NCBI GenBank assembly: GCA_963833425.1
Contig: CAWHXP010000007.1
Span: forward strand, 96,001 to 160,000
Reading direction: 5' to 3'
DNA from: an uncultured Methanosarcinaceae archaeon
Lineage (GTDB): Archaea > Halobacteriota > Methanosarcinia > Methanosarcinales > Methanosarcinaceae
DNA: 64,000 nt
A program made the position numbers and the translations under genes. A model generated the notes under the pieces. The model was not told the origin of the DNA and did not search any database. It worked only from the letters and a program-made list of their open reading frames with translations. Below are positions 11,516 through 23,479 of the stretch, piece after piece. Each line of letters opens with the position of its first letter. Position 1 is the stretch's first letter.

Positions 11516-11736
11516 TGTCCACTCTAAATGTCGTGTTATGGGCCTCGATATCCTCGGTCTATTATCCTCCGGGTTTCGGCATGACTTCTAATGAATCTAT
11601 ATATCTTATTTATATTCTACAAGTATAAAGTAATAAATAAAGAGAATTCGGATAACCTTCGATTTCGACAAATTTCTTATATGGTCGTTATAAGCAAGCA
11701 ACCAAGAAAATCAAAGCTTATCTGAATTCTCTCAAA

Positions 11737-12090
11737 TTATTGTGCCCTGGGACCCAAAGCATTCTGGATCTGTTCCTGAAGCTGTTTAAAGCGAGAAGTG
11801 AGCCTCTCTTCCTGCCTAGAAATTGACTGAAGCCTAAGTAAAAGGGTCTCTTCCCTCTCTTTAAGTTTCGAAATAGATTCTTGTTTACTCGTTTTAATTA
11901 ACAATTCTCCTACATTGCGATAAACTATAACATCTTCAGCCAGCTTTGCCAACTCGTCGAGAGCCATTTTAGACTCATTTTGCATGGCTTCAATTTTGGA
12001 TTTTTGCATAGCTAGGCCTTGAATCTGTTGCTGTAGCTGCTGTAATTGTGCTATCTGATTCTGAATTTGTGGAGGTAGTTCTGCAGTCAT
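11737..12090 (-). CDS. pfdB: Prefoldin subunit beta
   Basis: ELPPQIQNQIAQLQQLQQQ...VYRNVGELLIK... coiled-coil pattern; GGTGA RBS. Confidence 0.95.
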   Translation of the reverse strand: MTAELPPQIQNQIAQLQQLQQQIQGLAMQKSKIEAMQNESKMALDELAKLAEDVIVYRNVGELLIKTSKQESISKLKEREETLLLRLQSISRQEERLTSRFKQLQEQIQNALGPRAQ

Positions 12091-12374
12091 GTAGTTTTCA
12101 CCTGAGTCCTCAATAAACCTAAAGGGATTTTAATGTTTCTGTTCTTCCGGTATCTGAAAAACCTATTTTTATAACATAAAGTTAATTTCTGATATTCTAT
12201 TAAGTGATTGATGTTTTCAAGATTGAGGTTCAATTTGAAGAAACTTTGAGTTTTTATTCATTGAAACATGTCTCTTTAGCTCACTGAGACATAGAGCAAA
12301 AAGGCTGAAAATAATATTATAAGGGTATCCCGAAATAACATTAAACAAATAATATGGAACGGTCATTATTTTTA

Positions 12375-13511
12375 GAAAATTTTGATAAACTTTTATGCTT
12401 GATTATTGGGTAGTTTAAATCTCTTAATATTGATTTGTTCTCATGAAAACTCTGACTAATTTTGCTCTTAAAGAAAAATATAAATGTCTTTAGTCAGGTG
12501 AAGACAAACTTGATGAAATTGATTAATTAATTGATTGAAATTTTTTCATATCAATTTGATTTCATACATTTGTAACAAAATAGTTTTGTTAGGCGGATAT
12601 GGAAATGACACAATTATTATGTCTAAAATACTTTTTTTACAGCAATTGCGTTGTCTTTCCGATTTTGCACTTAAGAAACAAATTATTGATTGAATTTTTT
12701 TAGAGAAATTTCTTGATTTCCCTGAATACATACTAGACGGTATTACAGTTTGGCCATTCAGAAAGAGAATTATTGATAAATGCAAAGAAAAAGAAATATG
12801 GGGGCAGCTAAAAAGTCAATTTAAGTACCTTGTTTTGAAAATAAAAAAGGTATTAATTCAGAACTCTACTTTATCGATTCAGATCCTGTATATGAAAAAT
12901 CGGATAAACCTCGAGTAAATGAAGCGAAAACAAGAGAAGAAGAGAAGGAGCCTGGACTAAAAACGTGATAATCCACACTTTAGATACAAACTTCATAGCA
13001 TAATAGTCCGGGATTATGAGCTAATCAGAAGATTCAAAATAACAACTAAATCATGTCATGGTTCAAAGGTAAATTTATCCGAAAAAAATGAAAGGTTTAC
13101 AGAGACAAAAGATGCTAAAAGCGAAATCAAAAGGTTATGATACAATGATGAAAAGAGCACTAAAAGAGTATCATTTGGGAAGGAGTGGTATATTATGAAA
13201 CAAGAGAATATCTTGAAAAAAGCTTTAGGGGAATGAATTTATTCAGTAGCTATAAATATTCAAAGCAGGAAAAGTTTTTGTCGCTAATGTTCAAAAAGTG
13301 GATCTAAAGATGGTGTGTACAGCTTTTTGTCATAATATCTATCATTTTATGACATTAAAAATAAAAGGAGTATTTTAAGGATATCGGGGACTAGCGTTGA
13401 AAATCAAAGAATAAAAAGCCAGATAAAAAAATCGAGTCAAACACAGAAAATTAGCGCGAAAGATTTAGGCAGGATTCATGCGGAGAAAAATATAAGTAAA
13501 TCGGCATCTTT
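12375..13511 (+). mobile_element. Decayed IS5-family element, copy B
   Basis: Starts TA|GAAAATTTTGATAAAC (compare GAGAATTTCGATAAAC at 56980). Interior near-identical to the reverse complement of 6626-7748; many stops and frameshifts. Confidence 0.85.
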
Positions 13512-14239
13512 TCTTGTAGTTCTACCAAAAAAAATTAAAGCATTGGTAAAACTATTCAGCCTGACCAAAAAAATACCATAGCCATCTTACCAAGGTTCAA
13601 CGTACAAGTTTCAGCGAGCTGATTTTATTTAGCTGTCAGCTAAAATATTGTTTTTCAGTTTTCCGTCAATGAATAATCAGAACCATTTGTTGCATCAAAA
13701 TATATTTCAGAAATTTTATTTTTTGTAGGTGATAAGTGATCAATAAGTTAATATTAATTAATCAACAGTATAATAATTATTGATATTGATGGGAGTTAAT
13801 TAAATTGTAATACTCATAGAATAAAATTAACACTTTATCATCAAGAATGATTTTATAATCACTTAACAAAATTTATTCACTGATCCAAAAATTAGAGATG
13901 AACATGGAAAGTACGGGAAAAAGCTGGAAAAAGATAGTATGAGAGAAATTTTTCAATTGCTTTCCGTGCTTTTCTTCGTTCAATTTTAAATTCTAAAAGC
14001 AGTGAGAACATGTGTGCACTTAATAATAAATCAATTTTTATAAAATATTTAAGTTTTATTTTTCATTAGAGGACTAAAAGTTGAAAAAGAAAATTTAGGA
14101 AATCTTGTAATAATTAAAATTCTTGTAATAATTAATAAATAATAATAAAAAATTAATGATTAATAATTATGCATGCTAATTTATAATGATATATCTTGAG
14201 ATCGATTTGAATCCCAACTAATGTGCAGGATGGCTGAAA

Positions 14240-15313
14240 ATGGAAAAAAGCGGAAACCTTAAAGAAATCAGATTTCTTCTTGAAAAATTCACAAATGCTC
14301 ATGGAATTTCAGGCTCTGAAGATAACATCCGTGATCTCCTTGAAATGGAGATAGAACCCTATGTAGACACTATCCGGAGAGATATCATGGGGAATGTTAT
14401 AGCTACCAAAAAAGGAGATAGACCTTCAGTAATGCTTGCTGCTCACATGGACGAAATCGGGCTCATGATCAAGTATATTGATGACAATGGATTTCTCCGT
14501 TTTGTTGAGATCGGAGGATGGTTTGACCAAACACTCCTCAGCCAGAGAGTTATAGTCCATGGCAAGAAAGGCCCAATTCCTGGTGTAATTGGTTCCAAGC
14601 CTCCCCATTTGATGAAAGAGGATGACAGGAAAAAGGCTGTTAAATTGGAGGATATGTTTATTGATATCGGTGCGAAGGACAGGGAGGATGCTGAAAACAT
14701 CGGAATCGAGATCGGTACGCCAGTTAGTATTGACCGGAAATTTATGTCTCTAGCAAACGGTAAGGTCACTTCAAAAGCTTTTGACGATCGTGTCGGGGTT
14801 GTAATTCTAATAGAGGTTATGAAACGGCTTTCTAAGCATAAAATTGAAGCAAATATCTATGCTGTAGGTACAGTTCAGGAGGAAGTAGGACTGAAGGGAG
14901 CTAAAACCTCTGCTTTTGGTCTCGTCCCTAATTTGGCCCTTGCTCTTGACACAACTGTCCCTGGAGATTATCCTGGCATCAGCAAAACCGATTCTTCCCT
15001 TGAAATCGGAAAAGGGCCTGTAATTACCGTCGCCGATGCGTCTGGGAGAGGTCTTATAGCCAATCCTCAGGTTCTTAAGTGGCTGAAGGAAACTGCTATC
15101 GAAAATAAAATTTTATATCAGTTGAATGTTGGTTCTGGGGGGACTACTGATGCTACAGCGATACACCTAACAAAAGAAGGCATTCCCACAAGCACTATTA
15201 GTATAGCCACCAGGTACGTCCATTCTCCAGTTGAGGTTCTGGATATCTTAGACGTAGAAGCAAGCGTCTTGTTGATTGTAAAAGCAATAGAAAATGTTAG
15301 CAGATATTTCTGA
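14240..15313 (+). CDS. M42-family metallo-aminopeptidase (TET/FrvX-like)
   Basis: HGISGSE, AAHMDEIG, KAFDDRVG, TVQEEVGLKGA, GGTTDA, RYVHSPVE motifs. Confidence 0.95.
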   Translation: MEKSGNLKEIRFLLEKFTNAHGISGSEDNIRDLLEMEIEPYVDTIRRDIMGNVIATKKGDRPSVMLAAHMDEIGLMIKYIDDNGFLRFVEIGGWFDQTLLSQRVIVHGKKGPIPGVIGSKPPHLMKEDDRKKAVKLEDMFIDIGAKDREDAENIGIEIGTPVSIDRKFMSLANGKVTSKAFDDRVGVVILIEVMKRLSKHKIEANIYAVGTVQEEVGLKGAKTSAFGLVPNLALALDTTVPGDYPGISKTDSSLEIGKGPVITVADASGRGLIANPQVLKWLKETAIENKILYQLNVGSGGTTDATAIHLTKEGIPTSTISIATRYVHSPVEVLDILDVEASVLLIVKAIENVSRYF

Positions 15314-16249
15314 TCCACTCCCATAGATTTACACAAGAATGCCACCCACTTTCTCAGTATAAAAGTAGCTTAAAAATTAATCTAACCTTCAATGAATGAT
15401 CGTTGGTAAATAACCAAACAGATTGCACTTCTGTGTACATCTGAGATTGGAGTATCATTTTTGAAAACAAATCCTAAAATGAATTTTGAATTTATTTCGT
15501 TTGTTTTTTTATGGTAGATACCTTCGTGTCTCGGTATCATTGACAATAAACAGGTAGATGTTTTGTCAATGAATCCTGAAGAGAAGCTTAAAAGTCGCTA
15601 CCGATTCACCGATAGCAACATCACATTTTGAGTATTTAATTCAATTTTAAAGAGCTCTGAAATTCCATCACCTTCCCACAGAAACGTTGTCGTTGCTTTT
15701 CAAAAGTTATACAAAGTTTGAAAGCAAAGAAAAAAACTTTTATGATTGTCTAAACCACAAAATCTGTTTAGTATTTATGCCAATTTAAATCATCAATTCA
15801 TTGGGTAGCTAAGTATCCTGGGAGACCATTTTAAAATGAGTGATTAAATTCGTATTTGAGCCTTTTATGGCAATTCGCTAATTTTTTTTCAAAGTTTTTG
15901 AAAGCCAAAATTAGAACAGATTTTCTACTCAAAATTAAAACACAATAATGTTTAAGAAAGAGTCTGTTAGAAAATAATTTCATTTGTTTGAACTTTTTAT
16001 TTGAAGAGTTCTCTACTTGCTTTTAAGCTAACATCATATTTAAAGAGCCGATTTTGTCCTTGATCTATTATTGAGGATTTCGAAGAGCCCTTAATTTTTC
16101 ATAAGCTTGTAAACATCGCATAAATAATTAGTGAAAATCGGCTCTTTAGAAATCTTCAATTTGATGCAAATTATTTATATAACTTTTTTGTTTATATTGG
16201 AATTATTAATTTAATTTTAATCTCTTTATTTGATAATGAAATTTCCTTG

Positions 16250-17025
16250 TCCTAAGAGTTTCTCCTAATTTTCCTTTAACTACAGAAAATAAAGTCTCCA
16301 CAATATTTCTTTGATTATATTTAATTTCGTCACAGACCATTCAATTGCTTTCTGTATTTTCTTCCTTTTTCTCTCTCTTACAGGTATAATGAATCTGCTT
16401 TGATTTCTTCTCTAATTATGAATGTGTTTTTTCTGAATCGTATCCTATTACATAACAATCAGACTTTCTCATCTTATTTGGTTGCCTTATCAAAGCACTT
16501 GCGTGTTTCATTTCGTGGTCTGTTTTTTGACTAATTTTCCATCCCAATATTACCTTTTTACTTGTATCTACTAGTATCGAAGTTCTCAGGAAGCTTCTTC
16601 GAAGCTTCTCTGTTCTTCTGGAATAATAATAGCTTGCATATGAACTCGTAAATCCTGTTGCATCAATCGCTGCAACATAGACATTTTCTCCATATGAGTA
16701 AGAGTAAAAACAGCTTTAGAATCCTTGACAGAAGAAGATTAAACAGAGAAGAGGGAATACTAGTTAGAAACCTTTGAAGAGTAGTAAAATGTGGAATCTT
16801 ATCAAGAGCAAGTTTTTTTATATCGCTTATAAGGTCAATAAGTTCTACAAAATCTCGATAGTCTGTACTATATACTCTTTCAATAAAACCAGTACAAAAA
16901 GCTGATGCTGGGTATAAATGTGTTTTGATGACGTGCAGGAATAAAGCTTTAGTCTCGAAGACTGAATAGTTTCAAGGCTGGTATCAACTAATTTAATACA
17001 CTTACTAAAGTTCAATTATGAGCAT
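16250..17025 (-). mobile_element. Decayed DDE transposase remnant (second, IS5-like family)
   Basis: Minus-strand fragments AAIDATGFTSSYASYYYS, IPHFTTLQRF, ILGWKISQK; many stops and indels. Boundaries approximate. Confidence 0.7.
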
Positions 17026-18133
17026 TTCTCCAGAGCTATAATATCAGAGGTTCTGAAATTCTTCGTTTATTATAACATTAAGTAAATATAAATAAATAAT
17101 CCATTGACAAAGAAATTATTTTAATCCAATCAAAATTTTATTTTTTTGCATACTTGCCGGAGAAAATCTGCAGTCTTTTATCGCCTTTTTGCTTTTGTTT
17201 TAAAATGCATACTGTGCCATTTTCCGCTCTTTTTGTCAAGCATTCATTGAAGTTTTTTAGAGCAGATCTCTTAGATGCATGAAAACAAAAGATTAATTCT
17301 ACTGGAAATTTAATTCTGAAAAATCAACCACTTAATAACTGAAAACAGGATATTTTTACAAATCACCTATAAGTGAAAAACATAATTATTTTTAATTGAA
17401 ACAAAACTTCGAAATGAAAATGTATACTCTGTAGCAGAATTAATCTTTGCAGCAGATTGTATGAAAAGAAATTTGATGCGAGAAGAGCAATCAAGAGAAG
17501 ATTAATGAAATTTTTCAATGATCTAGCTCCTGGTAGATACGTCTCTTATTTTTGCATCCGCAAGGGGGAAAGCATTCATCTGAAGAATTGATTAGCCGTT
17601 GTCCAGATAGAACTGACAAGATGTCTCTCTTTCTGACAACCAAACGACTTGTAATATGCATCTGGATGTAATTCATCAGAGTAAATTTATTACCTCCCAT
17701 CAGATTACTGATCGCGGTTATATTCTAACTCTAAAAACTTCAGTACACTTTATGTGCAGAGAATTCCCCAAGTTTATCTGCAAGATGTGAAACAAAAGAG
17801 TGTCTGCACTTATAGGTGAAGACCATTTAGAATCTTCTCATTTCGGCAGCCCAAGGATAATTTGGGGCATTGGACAATATATAAATGTTATTGAACTCTA
17901 GGCAAAAAAATACGTCGAAGAAATCTCAATTAAATAATTGAAATAATTTTTTCATATTGAAGAGTAAGTTTCGGAGTGACGAAGCTCGAATGTTGATCAA
18001 CTTTGAAACTCATCAGGAGATAATTTAAATACTAACTGCGATATTTCAACTCTGTTAATGTAGTTCAGTAACAGGCTGTAAGTATTTTCTTATTGTAGTA
18101 TTAAATGATTGTAGCAAATAAGTGGTGACATTT

Positions 18134-18622
18134 ATGAAAAGAAGGGCCTGGAAATTCGGAGACAACGTGGATACAGATGCAATAATACCAGGAAGATACC
18201 TGGTTTTCAATGCCCCGGAAGATCTTGCAAAGTACACATTTGAAGGTGTACGCTCAGACTTTGCAAAAAATGTTCACGAGAATGATATCGTGGTCGCTGG
18301 AAGTAATTTTGGATGTGGGTCCTCTCGCGAGCATGCGCCCCTTGCTCTTAAAGGATTAAAGATAAACTGTGTGATTGCAAAGTCTTTTGCAAGGATTTTT
18401 TTCAGAAATTCGATAAATATCGGAGTTCCTGTCCTGGAATGCCAGGATACTGACAGAATCGATGACGGAGACGAGCTTGAGGCAAACCTTTCTACCGGAG
18501 TTATTGAAAACAAAACAAAGGGAGAAGCCTATCAGGCAACCCCACTACCGGATTTCGTTCGGGAGATTGTAGATGAGGGAGGGCTTGTGAAATATGCTAG
18601 AAAACTAGTCTCGAAGCACTAA
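18134..18622 (+). CDS. leuD: 3-isopropylmalate dehydratase small subunit
   Basis: [49 protein letters not shown] loop and adjacency to leuB favour LeuD over HacB. Confidence 0.85.
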   Translation: MKRRAWKFGDNVDTDAIIPGRYLVFNAPEDLAKYTFEGVRSDFAKNVHENDIVVAGSNFGCGSSREHAPLALKGLKINCVIAKSFARIFFRNSINIGVPVLECQDTDRIDDGDELEANLSTGVIENKTKGEAYQATPLPDFVREIVDEGGLVKYARKLVSKH

Positions 18623-18916
18623 GGAAAGAAAATCTAAATAAGCCGAGCTCATTAAACTTTGTTAATATATGTTTGAAAATAGATATTTTAATTCGAGAGA
18701 TATTTAAAATCGGGGACTGCTTGGAAAATAAAACATTATCAGTAGTCTACAGTTGAACAAACTAATCTCACATAAATTCACTTGCCAATATCATTAAATA
18801 TGATTATTGATTGTTTTTACCCAGGCTGGAAGGTCCTTAAGATAGAATATTTTCCTTGCTTAACAATTCGCAATGAAATCGGAAAGTTTGCCTGTAAATT
18901 TGAAAGGAGAATAAAT

Positions 18917-20044
18917 ATGACGCAGTATAAGATTCCGGTCCTCCCAGGTGACGGAATAGGACCAGAAATCATCTTCGAAGGCAGAAAAGTCATCGATGCA
19001 GCCGGCGAAAGATTTGGGTTTGATATAGAATGGATTGAATACCCGCATGGTGCGGATCATTACCTCGAAACAGGAGAATTAATTTCGGAAGAAACCTTAA
19101 AAGAATTATCCAGTTATTCTGCTATTTACCTAGGCTCCATTGGAGACCCGAGAATTGCCCCAGGAATTCTTGAGAAAGGAATCTTATTAACCGCCCGCTT
19201 TTTTTTTGATCAGTATGTTAACCTTCGCCCAATAAAGCTCCTCGACGGCGTCTGGACCCCGCTCAAAGACAAAACATCAAAAGATATCGACTTCGTGGTT
19301 GTCAGGGAAAACACAGAGGATTTCTACGTTGGAATAGGTGGCAGGGCAAAAAAAGGAGAGAGCAAAGATATTCTCGAAGTTAAAAGAACCCTTTACTCTG
19401 CAAAATTCGGCCTTGATATCGAGACTGACAGTGAAGAAATAGGGTATCAGATAGGCCTGATTTCTAAAGAAGGCACAAAAAGAGTCATAGAGTATGCCTT
19501 TTCCATTGCTGAAAATCGAAAGAAACATGTCTCTTCTGTGGACAAAGCAAATGTGCTTTCCGACATTTACGGCTTATGGAGAGAAGAATTCGACACAATA
19601 TCTGCAAAAAATCCATCCATTAAAACTGAGTTTAATTTCGTTGACTCCATCACCATGTGGTTCGTGAAAAATCCAGAATGGTTTGATGTAGTCGTAACCC
19701 CAAACATGTTCGGAGATATAATTACCGATCTAGGAGCAATAATTCAGGGCGGTCTCGGCCTCGCTCCCGGAGGGAACATAAACCCAAAAGGCACAAGTAT
19801 GTTTGAGCCCATCCATGGCTCTGCCCCGAAATATAAGAATCAGAATAAAGTCAACCCGATTGCAACAATTTGGGCAGGTGCTATGCTCATCGAACAACTA
19901 GGAGAAAAAGAAGCTTCAGACACAATAGTGAATGCAATCCAGGGAAACCTTCTTGATAGCGTCGTCAAAACTTATGATATGGGTGGTAAGAGCAGTACCT
20001 CAGATGTAGGGAGCGATATTGCAAGAAGAGTTATGGATAGTTAA
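18917..20044 (+). CDS. leuB: 3-isopropylmalate dehydrogenase (isocitrate/isopropylmalate dehydrogenase family)
   Basis: [54 protein letters not shown] before ATG 18917. Confidence 0.88.
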   Translation: MTQYKIPVLPGDGIGPEIIFEGRKVIDAAGERFGFDIEWIEYPHGADHYLETGELISEETLKELSSYSAIYLGSIGDPRIAPGILEKGILLTARFFFDQYVNLRPIKLLDGVWTPLKDKTSKDIDFVVVRENTEDFYVGIGGRAKKGESKDILEVKRTLYSAKFGLDIETDSEEIGYQIGLISKEGTKRVIEYAFSIAENRKKHVSSVDKANVLSDIYGLWREEFDTISAKNPSIKTEFNFVDSITMWFVKNPEWFDVVVTPNMFGDIITDLGAIIQGGLGLAPGGNINPKGTSMFEPIHGSAPKYKNQNKVNPIATIWAGAMLIEQLGEKEASDTIVNAIQGNLLDSVVKTYDMGGKSSTSDVGSDIARRVMDS

Positions 20045-20049
20045 TTCAA

Positions 20050-20075
20050 ATCTCTCTTTTTTTTACTTCTTATTT
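20050..20075 (+). terminator. Probable archaeal oligo-T terminator after leuB
   Basis: TCTCTC followed by a long T-run a few bases after the stop codon. Confidence 0.5.
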
Positions 20076-20351
20076 TTTACTGATTTTGTTTTTACCATCC
20101 AGTCTTTATTTTATTTTCCTACTTTTTTCTGTTATTTTTAGTCACTTTTACATGTAAATTCTATAAATAATTCGATAGCTTCTATGGAAATATTTATAGC
20201 TTTGCGGTTTGTTTATGAATTTAGAGTATTTCGATAAAACCCAGAATTTCACTATATGCCTATAAATGGCATATCAGTGACTCGTGAAAATCAGATTTTT
20301 GTCGAAATCCTTTCTAGTATCTTAATTATGCCAAAATTCGGGAGAAAAAGT

Positions 20352-20885
20352 GTGCAGTGTGCGTTATGTAGGAACAAGGATTGCCTAGAAGGAAAAAACT
20401 GTTCTGTTATTAAATCGGGGCTTAAATTTAGTGGCGATGATCTTAAAGCAGTAAAGATTTCCTCCTGGCTCGCTTCTTGTCGTGAGAAAAGGACAAAGCT
20501 GGAAGAGATTACGATTTATGCAAAAAAGTTGGGGTACAGAAGAATAGGACTTGCTTTTTGTATAGAATATGAAAGGGAAGCTAGGTTTGTTTATGATATT
20601 TTGTCAAGATATTTTGAAGTGTTTTCGATTTGCTGCAAGGTTTGTGGATTTGAAAAAGCCAAATTAGGAATCAGTGAATCAGTTGATTCAGAATTTGAAG
20701 TTGCCTGCAATCCTATAGGACAAGCTCTTCTTCTGAACGACGATTTTACTGATCTGAACCTTGTTCTCGGGCTCAAAACTGGCTATGATATTCTTTTTGC
20801 AAAATACTCTGACGTTCCTTCGATCCCCCTTCCTATTCAGGAATTACCTCAGTTCTGGGATTCTGGAATCGATATTATTGAATGA
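20352..20885 (+). CDS. DUF1847-family Cys-rich metal-binding protein
   Basis: CALCRNKDCLEGKNC...TKLEEI...RIGLAFC...SICCKVCG...ACNPIGQA. Start placed at GTG after GGAGA. Confidence 0.8.
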   Translation: MQCALCRNKDCLEGKNCSVIKSGLKFSGDDLKAVKISSWLASCREKRTKLEEITIYAKKLGYRRIGLAFCIEYEREARFVYDILSRYFEVFSICCKVCGFEKAKLGISESVDSEFEVACNPIGQALLLNDDFTDLNLVLGLKTGYDILFAKYSDVPSIPLPIQELPQFWDSGIDIIE

Positions 20886-21467
20886 ACTAAACTAGATTAT
20901 TTCTTTTTTGAGTCAAAATTCCGGTAAAATATACTCGAAAAATCTAAGGGCGCATCTTGATTTGATTTTTATACTGTATCTGAATATTTGACGATTGAGA
21001 TCAAAATTTTGTTACATTCGGAGATTTAAATACTAGTGTGCAGTTCGACTTTTGTGTACAATATGAAGACAGTGATTTAGAAATCAATTTTTTCCTTCAA
21101 GTGTTATCAAGATCGTGCAGACTTTTATCCGATAGGTATTTCCTTCTCTACTAGGAAGGTTGCTTGCTTCCTGAATCAGTCTTCTCTCACATGATCAAGG
21201 ATATGGATCTTGTCGTTAAGAGTAATGTAAAAATTCTATAAATGATATCGATAGATGCAGAATAATTTTCCAGTTTAATGAATTTGAAAAAAATCGAGAC
21301 TCTGAGGTTGTCAATCTCTACAGATGAAAAATATTTCTACATATTTATATATACGATTAAAAAAATTTCATATTTGTTTTGAGTTTAGGGCTAAATGATC
21401 GAAACTTATCTTTATACTACTTATTTTTATTCCTAAAACTTTTACATCAAAGCCTTTTGCTTTAAGC

Positions 21468-22358
21468 CTACACAATTTCTTTTATTTTTGCAATGAATTC
21501 GGTGTTTTGAACTGCATTTTGCAATATACCCAGTTCTTCTGGAGAAAAGCCTAGCGCAAGTCCAAGAAGCTGAGAATAGTGAAGTACAGGTATCGAGTAG
21601 CTTGTTCCGAATTTCTCATTGACTGCAAGCTGGCCTCTGTCAAACTGGAGATGGCAGAAGGGACACGCATTGACAATACAATCTACCTCTGCCTTCTGGA
21701 TGCAGGCAAGTTTACGCTCAAGTATTTCCAAAGATTCGGTAGAGTGTCCAGAACGGACTCCTCCTCCGGCTCCACAGCAGATCATTTTGTCTTTGTAGTC
21801 CATGCTTTTTGGACCTATAGCTTCAACAAGTTCGTCAAAGAAAACTGGATACTCCGTTTCTCCAAGATTTCGGTATTTTGAGGGCTTTATCAGGTGACAT
21901 CCATAGTGGAGGGCCACTTTTATGTTAAGGGGCCTTGTAATATAGTCCTTGAGTTTATCAGGCCCAAACTCCTTGTATAGAAACTCGATTATGTGTCTTA
22001 CTTCTATAGTTCCCTTAAATTCCATGCCAATTTTCTTCAAGCAGAGGTTTGTGTGGGCTCTCATCTCGGGATCCTTTTTAAGTTCTATATTGGCATCTGC
22101 TAGGGAGCCATAGCAGCCATTACAGATTGTCAGGATATCCCTTCCCAGTTTTTCAGATAGAACTATGTTTCGGCTTGCTAAGACAATCCATGTTGCTTTG
22201 TCAAAGGACTTGAACACCCCAGGTGCAGGGCAACAAGAGGCCCCTGGCAAGTCGCAAGCATCGATCTCCAGCTTCTGCAGGCAGAGTTTCGTTGCTTTCT
22301 CAATTCCTGGATAACGGTTAGGTACTATGCAGCCAAGAAACAGCGATAGTTTTGCCAT
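21468..22358 (-). CDS. hdrB: CoB-CoM heterodisulfide reductase subunit B (HdrB2-type)
   Basis: LFLGCIVPNRYPGIE, SCCPAPG, TICNGC, HYGCH, ICCGAGGGVRS, NACPFCHLQFD (two CCG domains). GGAG RBS before ATG 22358. Confidence 0.95.
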   Translation of the reverse strand: MAKLSLFLGCIVPNRYPGIEKATKLCLQKLEIDACDLPGASCCPAPGVFKSFDKATWIVLASRNIVLSEKLGRDILTICNGCYGSLADANIELKKDPEMRAHTNLCLKKIGMEFKGTIEVRHIIEFLYKEFGPDKLKDYITRPLNIKVALHYGCHLIKPSKYRNLGETEYPVFFDELVEAIGPKSMDYKDKMICCGAGGGVRSGHSTESLEILERKLACIQKAEVDCIVNACPFCHLQFDRGQLAVNEKFGTSYSIPVLHYSQLLGLALGFSPEELGILQNAVQNTEFIAKIKEIV

Positions 22359-22361
22359 AAA

Positions 22362-22854
22362 TCCTACTCCTTGTTTTTTATCCTTCAACTTATTAAATTC
22401 ACAAATTATGGAAAGAGTTTTCAGTTCTTTGAAGGCTACCATATATTCCCATATAGTCTCAGATATGGATTCAAGTCCTATATATTAAATTTTTTTTTCT
22501 GAATTTCTTCGTCTAACGGAACATGTGCGACTACATTCCCATTCCTAAAATTTTTCGGTGTTCAGGGAGCTTAAAACTGTCTCTAACTGCAAAATTTCGG
22601 AGCTCAAGAAGAATAAGATTTGATTGATATATCGTGTGGCCAGCACTTCTGGCAGATATCCCAGTTGATGCATAATCAAAGATTATTCTTTTTAGAAGGC
22701 CTGTTCCTTGTTCTTGCGTGCTCCATTATAAATTCTTAGGATGTTGATTCCGGTGCGCTGTCCAGGCTGAAAGCTTCTTGTGTGCTTACCACAGTGCATA
22801 TAAGAAAGAACTTTGAGCCCTAAAATCGTTTGAATTTTATGTAGTATTGCTCAT
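22362..22854 (-). pseudogene. hdrC: Decayed heterodisulfide reductase subunit C
   Basis: Minus-strand fragments LGLKVLSYMHCGKHTRSFQPGQRTGIN (eroded CxxCxxCxxxCP), LCINWDICQKCWPHDI, LLELRNFAVRDSFKLPEHRKI, HVPLDEEIQKK, GLESISETI, in HdrC order and immediately upstream of hdrB. Confidence 0.85.
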
Positions 22855-23479
22855 CAGGTCCATTGCCTAGTATTAATCTCAATTAATATATTTTATTAAA
22901 AAACGTAGACAAATGAAGATATTTTATGTCGATAACTTTGGTTAGTAGCAGTGTTTCAACTTTTCGGAATGATCTGCTTCCCCAGCAAATTTTTCTGACA
23001 ATTTCTTTTCCTTATTTTATTATTCGTATCGTCTTGTATAATATTCAAGTTAGACAAATAATATCTATACTTGACACCAAGTACCAGAAAATGATGAAAT
23101 TTTTCTTCTTTAACAGAACTTTGCGGAATCTTTTTTATGACCTAGTCGTAGTCTATTTTCGAAGCTTTTGGTCTCGATTTTAAGTTTTTATCATCAACTA
23201 TTGTCAAAGGTTACCACCTTCTAGGCTTGAGATATTCTTTGCTAATCGAATAGAAAATGTCGATTATTGCCTAAGTTTTAAGCTTCCACTAATTCCTACT
23301 AAAAATCTAAAATACCTTAGTTAAAGTTTATTTGAAAAACTTATCAATATATTAATTTTGCGTGAAGGTACATGAGGTTATCTCTAGTACATACTTATCC
23401 CGTATTCTTTTCCTACTCTTTAGATTATTCTACTGATTATTTTCATACATCCACCTATCGAAAAGGTTTCCACCTAGGC

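Noticed and set aside
18782..18916. N-terminal extensions in the ORF track for leuB (also paaK, hdrB, DUF1847)
   Set aside because: RBS position and family N-termini favour downstream starts; the hdrB extension is the tail of the hdrC relic.
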